From positions 18,663 through 82,662 of the forward strand of contig NZ_JAQTZS010000005.1 in NCBI RefSeq assembly GCF_028687635.1: a stretch of DNA of 64,000 nt, in the 5' to 3' direction. Both the position numbers and the translations under genes were made by a program. This DNA is from Malikia sp. (GTDB lineage: Bacteria > Pseudomonadota > Gammaproteobacteria > Burkholderiales > Burkholderiaceae_C). Positions 11,925 to 19,684 of the stretch are shown here, one piece after another. Under the pieces are notes generated by a model. That model had not been told where the DNA came from, did not search any database, and was given only the letters and a program-made list of their open reading frames with translations. Numbering within the stretch: position 1 is the stretch's first letter; each line of letters opens with the position of its first letter.

Positions 11925-12995
11925 ATGTCAAAAAACAAGAAAGTCCCGTCTTCGATCACGCCACTGGACTGGTTCGAGTCCTGGCTACTGCAGCGCTCGA
12001 ACGAGCGAGAAAACCCGCTAACACCCGAAGCGGCCGAACCGTACCGCTATATCTGGTCATCCTGGTGCCAGTGGCTGCTCGGCAAACCTGGGCCGGCCGG
12101 ACAGGCTGAAGAAGAACAGAGCAGCTGGACCAATCTGGTGCTGCAAGCCAGCCCGAACGATGCGATGGAATTCCTGCTGGACCGCGTCAAACCTGCCACC
12201 CAGCGCAGCGGCAGCGCGCGCGAGATCTCGATCGTCACGCGCGAGCGCTACTGCATGGTGCTGCGCGGCGTCTACGGTCACCTGCTGCAGCTGGGCCTGC
12301 TGATCGAGAATCCCATGAAGCGGCTGTACGAGCTGGCCGGCGAGGACAGGCCTGACGCCGAGGTGCTGCCCGATCCGGTCTGGAATCATCTTGAACACAT
12401 GGCGCGTCAGGCTGATGACCGCTCGCCGTTTGCGCTGCGCGATCGCGCGCTGATCTGGCTCATGCTGGATGTGGCGCTGACGCCAGCGGAACTGTCCGCC
12501 TTGAACCTGGGCCAGCTCGACGAAGCGCCCGCAATCGCGATTGCGGGCGAGGGCGGTTCAGTCGGGCAGATCGCGATCAGACTGCAGGGGAACAGGGCGG
12601 CACAACGCCGCGACCTGCAGCTGAACGAGCTGGCCTCGGACGCCTTGCGCGACTGGCTGGCTGTCAGGACCGACACGCTGGAAAAAGGCCAGCCCGAGGC
12701 ACTGGTCGTGTCCGAACTGGTGTTCTTCACCGAGCGACGCAAACCACTATCGCGCCGCGTGCTGTTTCACCTGACCTCCAAGCTGATAACCGCCGCCTGC
12801 CAGGAGCTGGGGCAGGAACTGCCGCGTCACCTGGGGCCGCTGGTGTTGCGCAATACCGCCATCCTGCATTGGCTCAAGGCTGGCATGCCACAGGACGAGG
12901 TGCTGCGGCGCGCGGGCTATCAGGGCCGGATTGCGCTGGAGCACCTGCGCGCGCATTTGCCGCGCGAAAACAGCACAACGCAACCGATTGCATGA
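11925..12995 (+). CDS. tyrosine-recombinase-fold protein with degenerate catalytic residues
   Basis: The start is taken at ATG 11925 (MSKNKKV); ATG 11880 is an alternative. The region resembles the XerC/XerD catalytic domain (RDRALIWLMLDVALTPAELSALNLGQL ... LVLRNTAILHWLKAG ... AGYQGRIALEHL). The canonical Arg-I, His, second His and Tyr positions are all substituted. Confidence 0.6.
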   Translation: MSKNKKVPSSITPLDWFESWLLQRSNERENPLTPEAAEPYRYIWSSWCQWLLGKPGPAGQAEEEQSSWTNLVLQASPNDAMEFLLDRVKPATQRSGSAREISIVTRERYCMVLRGVYGHLLQLGLLIENPMKRLYELAGEDRPDAEVLPDPVWNHLEHMARQADDRSPFALRDRALIWLMLDVALTPAELSALNLGQLDEAPAIAIAGEGGSVGQIAIRLQGNRAAQRRDLQLNELASDALRDWLAVRTDTLEKGQPEALVVSELVFFTERRKPLSRRVLFHLTSKLITAACQELGQELPRHLGPLVLRNTAILHWLKAGMPQDEVLRRAGYQGRIALEHLRAHLPRENSTTQPIA

Positions 12996-14725
12996 ACATG
13001 GAACACAGCATCCCCCTGATCACCACGCTGGTGGCCGGCTTCAGCGTCGCGCTCATCCTGGGCTTCCTCGCCGAGCGCATCCAGGTTCCGGCCCTGGTCG
13101 GATACCTGGTGGCTGGCATCATCATTGGCCCGGGCACGCCGGGATTCGTCGCCGACGTCAACCTAGCTGCCCAGCTGTCCGAAATCGGCGTCATGTTGCT
13201 GATGTTTGGCGTCGGCCTGCATTTCTCGCTCAATGACCTGCTGTCGGTCAAGCGCATCGCGGTGCCCGGTGCCGTCGTGCAGATGGGCCTGGCCACCGTG
13301 CTCGGCATGGCCGTGGCCTGGTGGTGGGGCTGGAGCTGGGGTGCCGGGCTGATTTTCGGACTTTCACTGTCCTGCGCCAGCACTGTCGTGCTGCTCAAGG
13401 CACTGGAAGCCCGTGGCGTGCTCGACAGCATGAACGGCCGCATAGCGGTCGGCTGGCTGGTGGTCGAGGACCTGGCGACCGTGCTGGTACTGGTCCTGCT
13501 GCCGCCGCTGGCGGGCGTGCTCGGCGGCTCGGTCGCCGAAGTGGCGAACCCGCAACCCCTGTGGCTCACGATCGGGAAAACCTTGCTCCAGGTGGCGGCC
13601 TTCATCGCCATCATGCTGGTGGCGGGCCGCCGCGTGCTGCCTTGGCTGTTGTGGCAGGTGGCGCGCACCGGTTCGCGCGAGCTTTTCACGCTGGCCGTGA
13701 TCGTGGCGGCGATCGGCATCGCCTACGGCGCGGCCCAATTGTTCAGCGTCTCGTTCGCCCTGGGCGCCTTCTTCGCTGGCATGGTGATGCGGGAATCCAA
13801 GTTCAGCCACCGGGCCGCGGAAGAATCCTTGCCACTGCGAGATGCTTTTTCGGTGCTGTTCTTCGTCTCGGTGGGCATGCTGTTCGAGCCGAGCATCCTG
13901 CTGGAGCAGCCGCTGCATGTGCTGGGCGTGGTGCTCATCATCATCTTCGGCAAATCGATTGCGGCCTTCGGCCTGGTGCTGGCTTTCCGCTATCCGCTCA
14001 ACACGGCGCTGACGGTCTCGGCCAGCCTGGCGCAGATCGGCGAGTTCTCCTTCATCCTGGCCGGCCTGGGCCAGTCGCTGGGTCTGCTGCCAGCCGAAGG
14101 CATGAGCCTGGTGCTGGCCGGCGCGCTGATCTCGATCGCGTTGAATCCGCTGCTGTTTGCCGCCATCGAGCCGCTGCGGCGCTGGATTCTCCAACGCTCG
14201 GCGCTGGCCCGCCAGCTGGAGCAGAGAACCGATCCCTATGCCGAGCTGCCGATCAGCACCGAGCGCAAGTACCTGCAGGGGCAGGTCGTCCTGGTGGGTT
14301 ACGGCCGAGTCGGCAAACGGATTGCCAGCGCGCTGGAGGCGAACGGTATTCCTTACGTGGTCGCGGAACAGAACCGCGAGCTGGTCGAGGACCTGCGCCA
14401 GCAGGGCAGGGTGGCCGTATCAGGCAATGCCAGCGATCCGGTGGTGCTGATCCAGGCCCATATCGCCGAGGCCGCCATGCTGGTGGTGGCGACGCCCGAT
14501 CCGCTCAACCTGCGTCAGATGGTCGAGACGGCCAGAACGCTCAACCCCGGCATCGAGATCGTCTTGCGCACGCACAGCGAGGAGGAGTCGGTGCTGCTGC
14601 GCAAGGAAGGCATTGACAAGGTCTTCTTCGGCGAGGAAGAACTGGCCAAGGGCATGACCGGGCATGTGCTGGAGCGCCTGGGGGCAAAGACAGGTGGCCA
14701 AGCCCCAGCCTCATCCCATACCTGA
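12992..14725 (+). CDS. ybaL: YbaL-family CPA2 K+ efflux/cation:proton antiporter with a C-terminal TrkA-N (RCK) domain
   Basis: The start MNMEHSIPLITTLVAGF lies at ATG 12992, overlapping the upstream stop (ATGA). The similarity to E. coli YbaL, as I remember it, runs the full length (IGVMLLMFGVGLHFS, GRIAVGWLVVEDL, GSRELFTLAV, VLVGYGRVG). Confidence 0.9.
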   Translation: MNMEHSIPLITTLVAGFSVALILGFLAERIQVPALVGYLVAGIIIGPGTPGFVADVNLAAQLSEIGVMLLMFGVGLHFSLNDLLSVKRIAVPGAVVQMGLATVLGMAVAWWWGWSWGAGLIFGLSLSCASTVVLLKALEARGVLDSMNGRIAVGWLVVEDLATVLVLVLLPPLAGVLGGSVAEVANPQPLWLTIGKTLLQVAAFIAIMLVAGRRVLPWLLWQVARTGSRELFTLAVIVAAIGIAYGAAQLFSVSFALGAFFAGMVMRESKFSHRAAEESLPLRDAFSVLFFVSVGMLFEPSILLEQPLHVLGVVLIIIFGKSIAAFGLVLAFRYPLNTALTVSASLAQIGEFSFILAGLGQSLGLLPAEGMSLVLAGALISIALNPLLFAAIEPLRRWILQRSALARQLEQRTDPYAELPISTERKYLQGQVVLVGYGRVGKRIASALEANGIPYVVAEQNRELVEDLRQQGRVAVSGNASDPVVLIQAHIAEAAMLVVATPDPLNLRQMVETARTLNPGIEIVLRTHSEEESVLLRKEGIDKVFFGEEELAKGMTGHVLERLGAKTGGQAPASSHT

Positions 14726-14740
14726 GGTTGACTGGCAATG

Positions 14741-14777
14741 AAAAAAGCACTCAGGCCGTACGCGCTGAGTGCTTTTG
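14741..14777. terminator. bidirectional rho-independent terminator (ybaL and the tRNA-Val array)
   Basis: A 9-bp stem agcactcag/ctgagtgct (14746-14754 and 14765-14773) has a 10-nt loop. It is flanked by an A-run on the left and a T-run on the right. Confidence 0.8.
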
Positions 14778-14779
14778 TC

Positions 14780-14854
14780 TGGTGGGCGATACATGGATCG
14801 AACATGTGACCCCTGCAGTGTGAATGCAGTGCTCTACCGCTGAGCTAATCGCCC
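14780..14854 (-). tRNA. tRNA-Val (anticodon CAC), copy 1, CCA encoded
   Basis: The reverse complement is GGGCGATTAGCTCAGCGGTAGAGCACTGCATTCACACTGCAGGGGTCACATGTTCGATCCATGTATCGCCCACCA. It folds as a cloverleaf with a 7-bp acceptor stem and the anticodon loop TTCACAC. Confidence 0.92.
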
Positions 14855-14892
14855 TTGGCTATCTTCCCCAGGGAAGGCAGTCAGGTATGGTT

Positions 14893-14967
14893 TGGTGGGC
14901 GATACATGGATCGAACATGTGACCCCTGCAGTGTGAATGCAGTGCTCTACCGCTGAGCTAATCGCCC
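14893..14967 (-). tRNA. tRNA-Val (anticodon CAC), copy 2
   Basis: Identical in sequence to copy 1. Confidence 0.92.
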
Positions 14968-15005
14968 TTGGCTGCCTTCCCCAGGGAGGACAGTCAGGAA
15001 TTTTT

Positions 15006-15080
15006 TGGTGGGTAATACATGGATCGAACATGTGACCCCTGCAGTGTGAATGCAGTGCTCTACCGCTGAGCTAATCACCC
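15006..15080 (-). tRNA. tRNA-Val (anticodon CAC), copy 3 (variant acceptor stem)
   Basis: The body matches copies 1 and 2. The acceptor stem reads GGGTGAT/ATTACCC: C4-G69 has become U4-A69 (compensatory) and G5-C68 has become G5-U68. Confidence 0.9.
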
Positions 15081-15089
15081 GAAGCCGCT

Positions 15090-15118
15090 ATTCTATGCCG
15101 AAAAAAACCTGGTCTCAG
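15090..15118 (-). promoter_or_regulatory. candidate sigma-70 promoter for the tRNA-Val array
   Basis: On the minus strand, CTGAGA (15118-15113) is followed by 17 nt and then TAGAAT (15095-15090). The -10 element ends 9 nt upstream of the copy-3 5' end. Confidence 0.5.
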
Positions 15119-15171
15119 GGGCGTGCGTGGATTTTTTTGAACCGGGACGGGCAGGGCGCTTGCAGCTGGAT

Positions 15172-16452
15172 TCAGTCCTCGCCCCGGGCCTGTTCCAGCG
15201 CCTGCAGCGCGCCCACGCGCCGCTTGGCGTCGCCGTGGTAGTACATGCGCACGGTGATGGCGGGGTCCTTGTGGCCCAGGCGCTCGGCGGCGTCGGCGAT
15301 CGGAAAATGGCCGTTGATCGCCTCGGACGCGCCCGAATGCCGGAACCAGTGCGGCGAGATCTGGCGCAGGCGTTCGGCCAGCGACTGGACTTCGAGGTCC
15401 TCAGGCGAGGCGTGAGAAGCCAGCAGCCTGTCGGCTGAAACGGCGCCCAGCTCCTTGATCTCGCCGAACAGGGCGCGCGGCGTCATCGAGGGGTAATGAC
15501 TGCCGTTGCGGCGCAGCGACACCACGGCCGAGATGTCGGTTTCCTGGCGCTGCGGCAACGCGGGCAGGCCCAGCGCCTCGCGATAGGCCATCAGCTCCTT
15601 CATGACGGCGGGCGTGATCTCGACCGCGCGCACCTTGCGCCCCTTGCCGTGCACCGAGGCGAACCAGACGCCACCGCGCTGGCGAAAGTCGCTCATGCGC
15701 AAGCCCGACAGTTCCGAGATCCGTATCCAGAGGTTGAACAGCGCGACCGTGATCCAGCGCAGGCGGATGGCGCGCTGCTGCTGGGTGATCGTTTCCGCCT
15801 GCTGGAGCATCTGGTCGGTGGTCGCCAGCAGGCGCAAATAAGCCGTGGGCTCGAACACGCGGTCGGTCTTGGCGTCGTGCTTGATGATGAAGCGCCCGAG
15901 ATCCGCGAACGGGTTGAAGTCGAGCAGCGCGTCATCGCTGGCCGAGCGCTTGGTGTTGTTGAACTTGTAGAGCGAGGACAGCCCCGCGATGGTCTGCGCC
16001 ACCGAACGATGCGACTTGGCTCGCGCGAAGGGGTTGCTGACGACGCCGAAATGGTTGGGCAGGGCCTTGGGTGTACGTTCCTGCCAGAACGGCGCTGGAC
16101 CAGTGCGCGTCAGCTCGAAGTGACTGGTACCAGAGGCCCTGATCGCCGTGCTGCGGGGGGCGCCGTCATCCATCGCTTCATGGGTCAGCGCGCGCAGGAA
16201 GTCATGCGCGTCCGCCGGGCCGGCGCGCCGCAGCAGGTCGGCGTGGTGGCCATGGGCCTGTTCGAGGAAATACAGCCAGTAGGCCGCGACGCGCTGGTAG
16301 GCGCGGTGCGTGTGCGGACTCTTGCGTCGGAAGGGTTCGAGCCAGTTGCCGACCGCGGTCAGGTCGAACAACAGGCCGGGCTGGTGACTGGCATCGGCCG
16401 CAAGCACTAAGCCGTTCAGGATCTCGCCGTCATGTTCGTGGTGGTCAGGCAT
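15172..16452 (-). CDS. site-specific tyrosine recombinase / phage-type integrase (catalytic residues intact)
   Basis: 426 aa. Motifs include NLWIRISELSGL (Arg-I), HGKGRKVR (Lys), SPHWFRHSGAS (HxxRH) and LGHKDPAITVRMYYH (His and the Tyr nucleophile). The gene lies next to the tRNA-Val array. Confidence 0.9.
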   Translation of the reverse strand: MPDHHEHDGEILNGLVLAADASHQPGLLFDLTAVGNWLEPFRRKSPHTHRAYQRVAAYWLYFLEQAHGHHADLLRRAGPADAHDFLRALTHEAMDDGAPRSTAIRASGTSHFELTRTGPAPFWQERTPKALPNHFGVVSNPFARAKSHRSVAQTIAGLSSLYKFNNTKRSASDDALLDFNPFADLGRFIIKHDAKTDRVFEPTAYLRLLATTDQMLQQAETITQQQRAIRLRWITVALFNLWIRISELSGLRMSDFRQRGGVWFASVHGKGRKVRAVEITPAVMKELMAYREALGLPALPQRQETDISAVVSLRRNGSHYPSMTPRALFGEIKELGAVSADRLLASHASPEDLEVQSLAERLRQISPHWFRHSGASEAINGHFPIADAAERLGHKDPAITVRMYYHGDAKRRVGALQALEQARGED

Positions 16453-16650
16453 TTTTTATGGCTGCTGGTGATGGCTTGGATCGAGTTCCGGATTGTGCCG
16501 CGTTTGCGGGCGGGCACCACCCCACCGGATAATGCTGTAGTTCCGATAATTCACATTAACGGAAATGAAAAAGACAGAAAAGTATTTTTCTTACGTATTA
16601 CGTCATAAAAATACGTAAAATCTCTGCTGATCGGATCGCAAGGAAAAACC

Positions 16651-17706
16651 ATGAACACAGAGCCAAAAACGATGCTGGAAAACGAGAACACCGCCACAGA
16701 TGTCGAAACCCGGCTGCAACAGGCCTTGCAGGGCTTGCTGGCCCCCATGGCCGCGCAACAGGTCACGGCGCGCGAGGCCTACGCCGCCATGACGCGCGTC
16801 GTGGCGCGCATCGAAGGCGATGTCCCGAGTGGCGCCAAGTTGGTCGGGCTGCTGCAGTTTTTCAACGCCCAGCGGCCTGCCGGCTCGCCGGCCATCCCGG
16901 CCGGAACCGCTGGCGTGGCGCAGGATTGCGTGGCGGCCTATCGCCGCTCGCTGGTGCGGACCAGTGCCCAGGGCGTGGCGCACCCGTCGCTGCCGGTAGA
17001 CATGATCGAGGGGCTGAACCACTGGCTAGAACGCTTGCTGGAGCTGATGAAGGATGAGATCCGCCGCCCTTACGAGGCCGAGGCCATCAGCCTGCGCGCG
17101 CGCCTGGACGAGGAACTGGCGGCCATGCGGCTAGCAGCCGAGGTCGAGCAGAAAACGGCGCGCGCCGCCCTGCGGGAAGTTGAATCCCGGCTGCAGCAAA
17201 GCCAGCAGCAGGCGCAAGAGCTGCAGCGTCAGTGCGAGGCGCTCGACCAGCGGGTTGCAGATCTGAACCAGGGCCTGCGTGCCGCTGCCACTGAAAACCG
17301 GGAGCTGTCGGCCAGCGCGGCCGTATTGCAGTCCAAGGCACAGGAATCGGAAAAGCGCCAGGGTGAGCTCGACGCAGCTTTGCGCGCGGCTCAGTCGGCC
17401 AGCGACGAGGAACGGCGCCAGCGACTGCTGGCGATAGACAGCGCGCGGGTGGTCGAACAGGAGCTCGCGCGCGAAAAGGAAAAGCGCCGTGCCGCCGATT
17501 CGCTGGCCCGCACGCTGGAGAAATACCTGGAAGAAGAAAAGGCGCGCGCTGCAACACTGCAAGTCGCCTTGTCGGAGGCCCAGCTCAGGAGCTTGCAGAC
17601 CGCCAAGGACGAAGAAGCATCCGCCAAGACCGGATCGAACCGGCTCAAGCCGGCAAGACGCGCCATCGCGACGCCAGTCCCAGTGCGCAGGAAAACACTG
17701 CGCTGA
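16651..17706 (+). CDS. coiled-coil protein with KfrA-like architecture
   Basis: 351 aa. A small N-terminal helical domain is followed by about 200 aa of heptad-like, Q/E/A/R/L-rich sequence (LQQSQQQAQELQRQCEALDQRVADLNQ...) and a basic tail. An AT-rich promoter with TTACGTA boxes lies upstream. The family assignment is tentative. Confidence 0.55.
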   Translation: MNTEPKTMLENENTATDVETRLQQALQGLLAPMAAQQVTAREAYAAMTRVVARIEGDVPSGAKLVGLLQFFNAQRPAGSPAIPAGTAGVAQDCVAAYRRSLVRTSAQGVAHPSLPVDMIEGLNHWLERLLELMKDEIRRPYEAEAISLRARLDEELAAMRLAAEVEQKTARAALREVESRLQQSQQQAQELQRQCEALDQRVADLNQGLRAAATENRELSASAAVLQSKAQESEKRQGELDAALRAAQSASDEERRQRLLAIDSARVVEQELAREKEKRRAADSLARTLEKYLEEEKARAATLQVALSEAQLRSLQTAKDEEASAKTGSNRLKPARRAIATPVPVRRKTLR

Positions 17707-17749
17707 GCCGTCCGGAGCGCGGCATGCATCGCGGCCCGGCGCCCTTCCC

Positions 17750-18493
17750 TTACCAGGTCGCCGGGCCGGTTTTGGCGCGCAATGCGCGACGGATCGGGTC
17801 GGCGATGTCCTGGCGCCCAGCGCCAGCGGCAAATTCCAGCGCGGTCAGACCCTGCTGGTTCTGCAGCGTGACATCGGCACCCGATTCGAGCAGCAGGCGC
17901 ACGGAATCCGGATGGCCGTAGCGCGCGGCCATCATCAACGGTGTCGACTCATTGGGAGAAGCCGCGTCGATGTAGGCGTGGGCATCGAGCAGCAGTTGAA
18001 CCATCGCGGGGCTGTCGGCGCTGGCGTTTGTCGCCGCGTAATGCAGTGGCGTCCAGCCGGGCTTGTTGACTTCGGCGCCTTGCCGGACCAACTGGCGCAT
18101 CAGGCCGACATGGCCGCGCAACGCCGCCAGCATCAGCGCGTTCTCCCCGCTGGCGTTGACTGCGTCGAGGTCGATCCCGGCTTGCTGGATCAGGAATTCG
18201 GCTGCCCGCAGCGAATCCAGCTTCAGCGCCAGCAGCAACGGCGCCAGCCCGTTTTCGTCCAGCGTGTTGAAGTCGAAGCCGCGCTGCTGGAGCCGGCGCA
18301 GGGTGGCGACATCATCCAGGCGCAAGGCGCGCAGGAAATCCTCGTAGGCTCCTGCCGCAGCATTCAGACTGAATCCCGTCACACCCGCCGCAACCAGGAG
18401 GACACGCGCGATCGCGCACCGGCGGCTGGAACCAAGCGCGGTCTTTGGTTCAGCGACTTCGGTGATGCTTGGGCTGTAGCAGGGATTTCTCAT
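17750..18493 (-). CDS. ankyrin-repeat protein with an N-terminal signal-like segment
   Basis: The start is taken at MRNPCY (ATG at 18493), which overlaps the tatD stop (ATGA). ANK repeats are present (ENGLAPLLLALK, GENALMLAALRGH, GWTPLHYAA, STPLMMAARYGH, GLTALEFAA). The N-terminus SRRCAIARVLLVAAGVTGF looks like a Tat or Sec signal. Confidence 0.85.
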   Translation of the reverse strand: MRNPCYSPSITEVAEPKTALGSSRRCAIARVLLVAAGVTGFSLNAAAGAYEDFLRALRLDDVATLRRLQQRGFDFNTLDENGLAPLLLALKLDSLRAAEFLIQQAGIDLDAVNASGENALMLAALRGHVGLMRQLVRQGAEVNKPGWTPLHYAATNASADSPAMVQLLLDAHAYIDAASPNESTPLMMAARYGHPDSVRLLLESGADVTLQNQQGLTALEFAAGAGRQDIADPIRRALRAKTGPATW

Positions 18494-19296
18494 GCCATGC
18501 CTCGGAACAACGCCAATGTGTTGGCACTGGTCGCTTGCCCCACAGCCTCGACCGACAGGCCCTTGAGATCGGCCAGCTTCTGCGCGACATAAGGCACGAA
18601 GGCGGGCGTGTTGGTCTTGCCACGATAAGGTACCGGCGCCAGGTAGGGGCTGTCGGTCTCGATCAGGCAGCGCTCCAGCGGCACGAAGCGCGCGACCTCG
18701 TGCAGATCGGTTGCATTCTTGAAGGTCAGGATGCCGGAAAACGAGATGTAGAACCCCAGATCGAGCGCGGCACGGGCGGCCTCGACCGATTCGGTGAAGC
18801 AGTGGAAGACGCCGCGCGCCCGTGGCATCTGCCCTGCCCCCGTCGGGCCGAAGCCACCCTCTTCCTTCAGTATCGCCAGCGTGTCGTCGGAGGCGCTGCG
18901 GGTGTGGATCACCAGCGGCAGGTCGGTCTGGCGCGCCGCGCGGACATGGACGCGAAAACGATCGCGCTGCCATTCCATGTCGGCCAGGCTGCGCTCGCCC
19001 AGGCGGTAGTAGTCCAGACCGGTCTCGCCGATGCCGACCACGCGCGGGCGCTGCGAGAGTTCCACCAGCTCCTCGACGCTGGGTTCGCGCACGCCCTCGT
19101 TGTCGGGATGCACGCCGACGGTGGACCAGAGCATCTCCTGGCTGCAGGCCAGCTCATGCACGCGATCGAACTCCTCCAGCGTGGTGCAAATGCACAGCGC
19201 GCGCTCGACCTGCGCTTGCCGCATGGATTGCAGGATCGCTGGCAGTTGCGCGCGCAGTTCGGGGAAGCTCAGATGGCAATGGGAATCGATGAACAT
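18490..19296 (-). CDS. TatD-family metal-dependent hydrolase/DNase (YcfH-like)
   Basis: 268 aa. MFIDSHCHL and GVHP..., the histidine/aspartate metal ligands and GETGLDYY are typical of TatD/YcfH. Confidence 0.9.
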   Translation of the reverse strand: MFIDSHCHLSFPELRAQLPAILQSMRQAQVERALCICTTLEEFDRVHELACSQEMLWSTVGVHPDNEGVREPSVEELVELSQRPRVVGIGETGLDYYRLGERSLADMEWQRDRFRVHVRAARQTDLPLVIHTRSASDDTLAILKEEGGFGPTGAGQMPRARGVFHCFTESVEAARAALDLGFYISFSGILTFKNATDLHEVARFVPLERCLIETDSPYLAPVPYRGKTNTPAFVPYVAQKLADLKGLSVEAVGQATSANTLALFRGMA

Positions 19297-19308
19297 ATGA
19301 AGACGGTT

Positions 19309-19677
19309 TCAGACGGTCTGGTTGCTGCGGTCGGATGCGAGGTGCGCGCCCAGGATGGCCTCGATGCGCGACTTGAGTTGCCGTGCCTTTTCATCGGCGG
19401 GAAAGCTGATGCCGATGCCCTGGGTACGTCCGCCGGAGGCACCGGCCGGGGTGATCCAGGCCACCTTGCCCGCCACCGGGTAGCGCTGCGAGTCGTCCGG
19501 CAGCGTCAGCAGCAGGTAGACATCCATGCCCAGCTGGTATTCGCGCGCGGTCGGCACGAAGATGCCTCCCTCGGCGAACAAGGGGATGTAGGCGGCGTGG
19601 AGCGCGGCTTTTTCCTGGATCGCCAGCTGAATCACGGAGGGGCGTGGGGGCGAGCTTGAAGCTTCGGGCGTGCTCAT
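19309..19677 (-). CDS. pilZ: PilZ-domain protein (type IV pilus assembly PilZ-like)
   Basis: 122 aa. IQEKAALHAAYIPLFAEGGIFVPT...VAGKVAWITP resembles Pseudomonas PilZ. The tmk-holB-pilZ-ycfH synteny is conserved. Confidence 0.85.
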   Translation of the reverse strand: MSTPEASSSPPRPSVIQLAIQEKAALHAAYIPLFAEGGIFVPTAREYQLGMDVYLLLTLPDDSQRYPVAGKVAWITPAGASGGRTQGIGISFPADEKARQLKSRIEAILGAHLASDRSNQTV

Positions 19678-19684
19678 CGGAGAA

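Larger units (their letters stand above)
14780..15080 (-). repeat. tandem array of three 75-nt tRNA-Val units with 38-nt related spacers (113-bp period)
   Basis: The spacers at 14855-14892 and 14968-15005 share ttggct.ccttccccaggga.g.cagtcagg. Each contains a short cttccc/gggaag hairpin. Confidence 0.9.

Noticed and set aside
14780-15080. Three regularly spaced 75-nt repeats with 38-nt spacers, which look superficially like a CRISPR array.
   Set aside because: Each repeat folds as a complete tRNA-Val(CAC) cloverleaf with CCA. The spacers are related to one another, and no cas genes are present.
16551-16766. 71-aa minus-strand ORF overlapping the AT-rich promoter and the 5' end of the coiled-coil gene.
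   Set aside because: It lies antisense to a better-supported gene. It has no ribosome-binding site, is Cys/Ser/Phe-rich and has no motifs, so it is probably spurious.
17707-17749. I searched for a tRNA-Val-derived direct repeat (att site) at the right edge of the integrase segment, and likewise at 11819-11925.
   Set aside because: By eye, no stretch matches the tRNA 3' or 5' halves, so I cannot define element boundaries from repeats.
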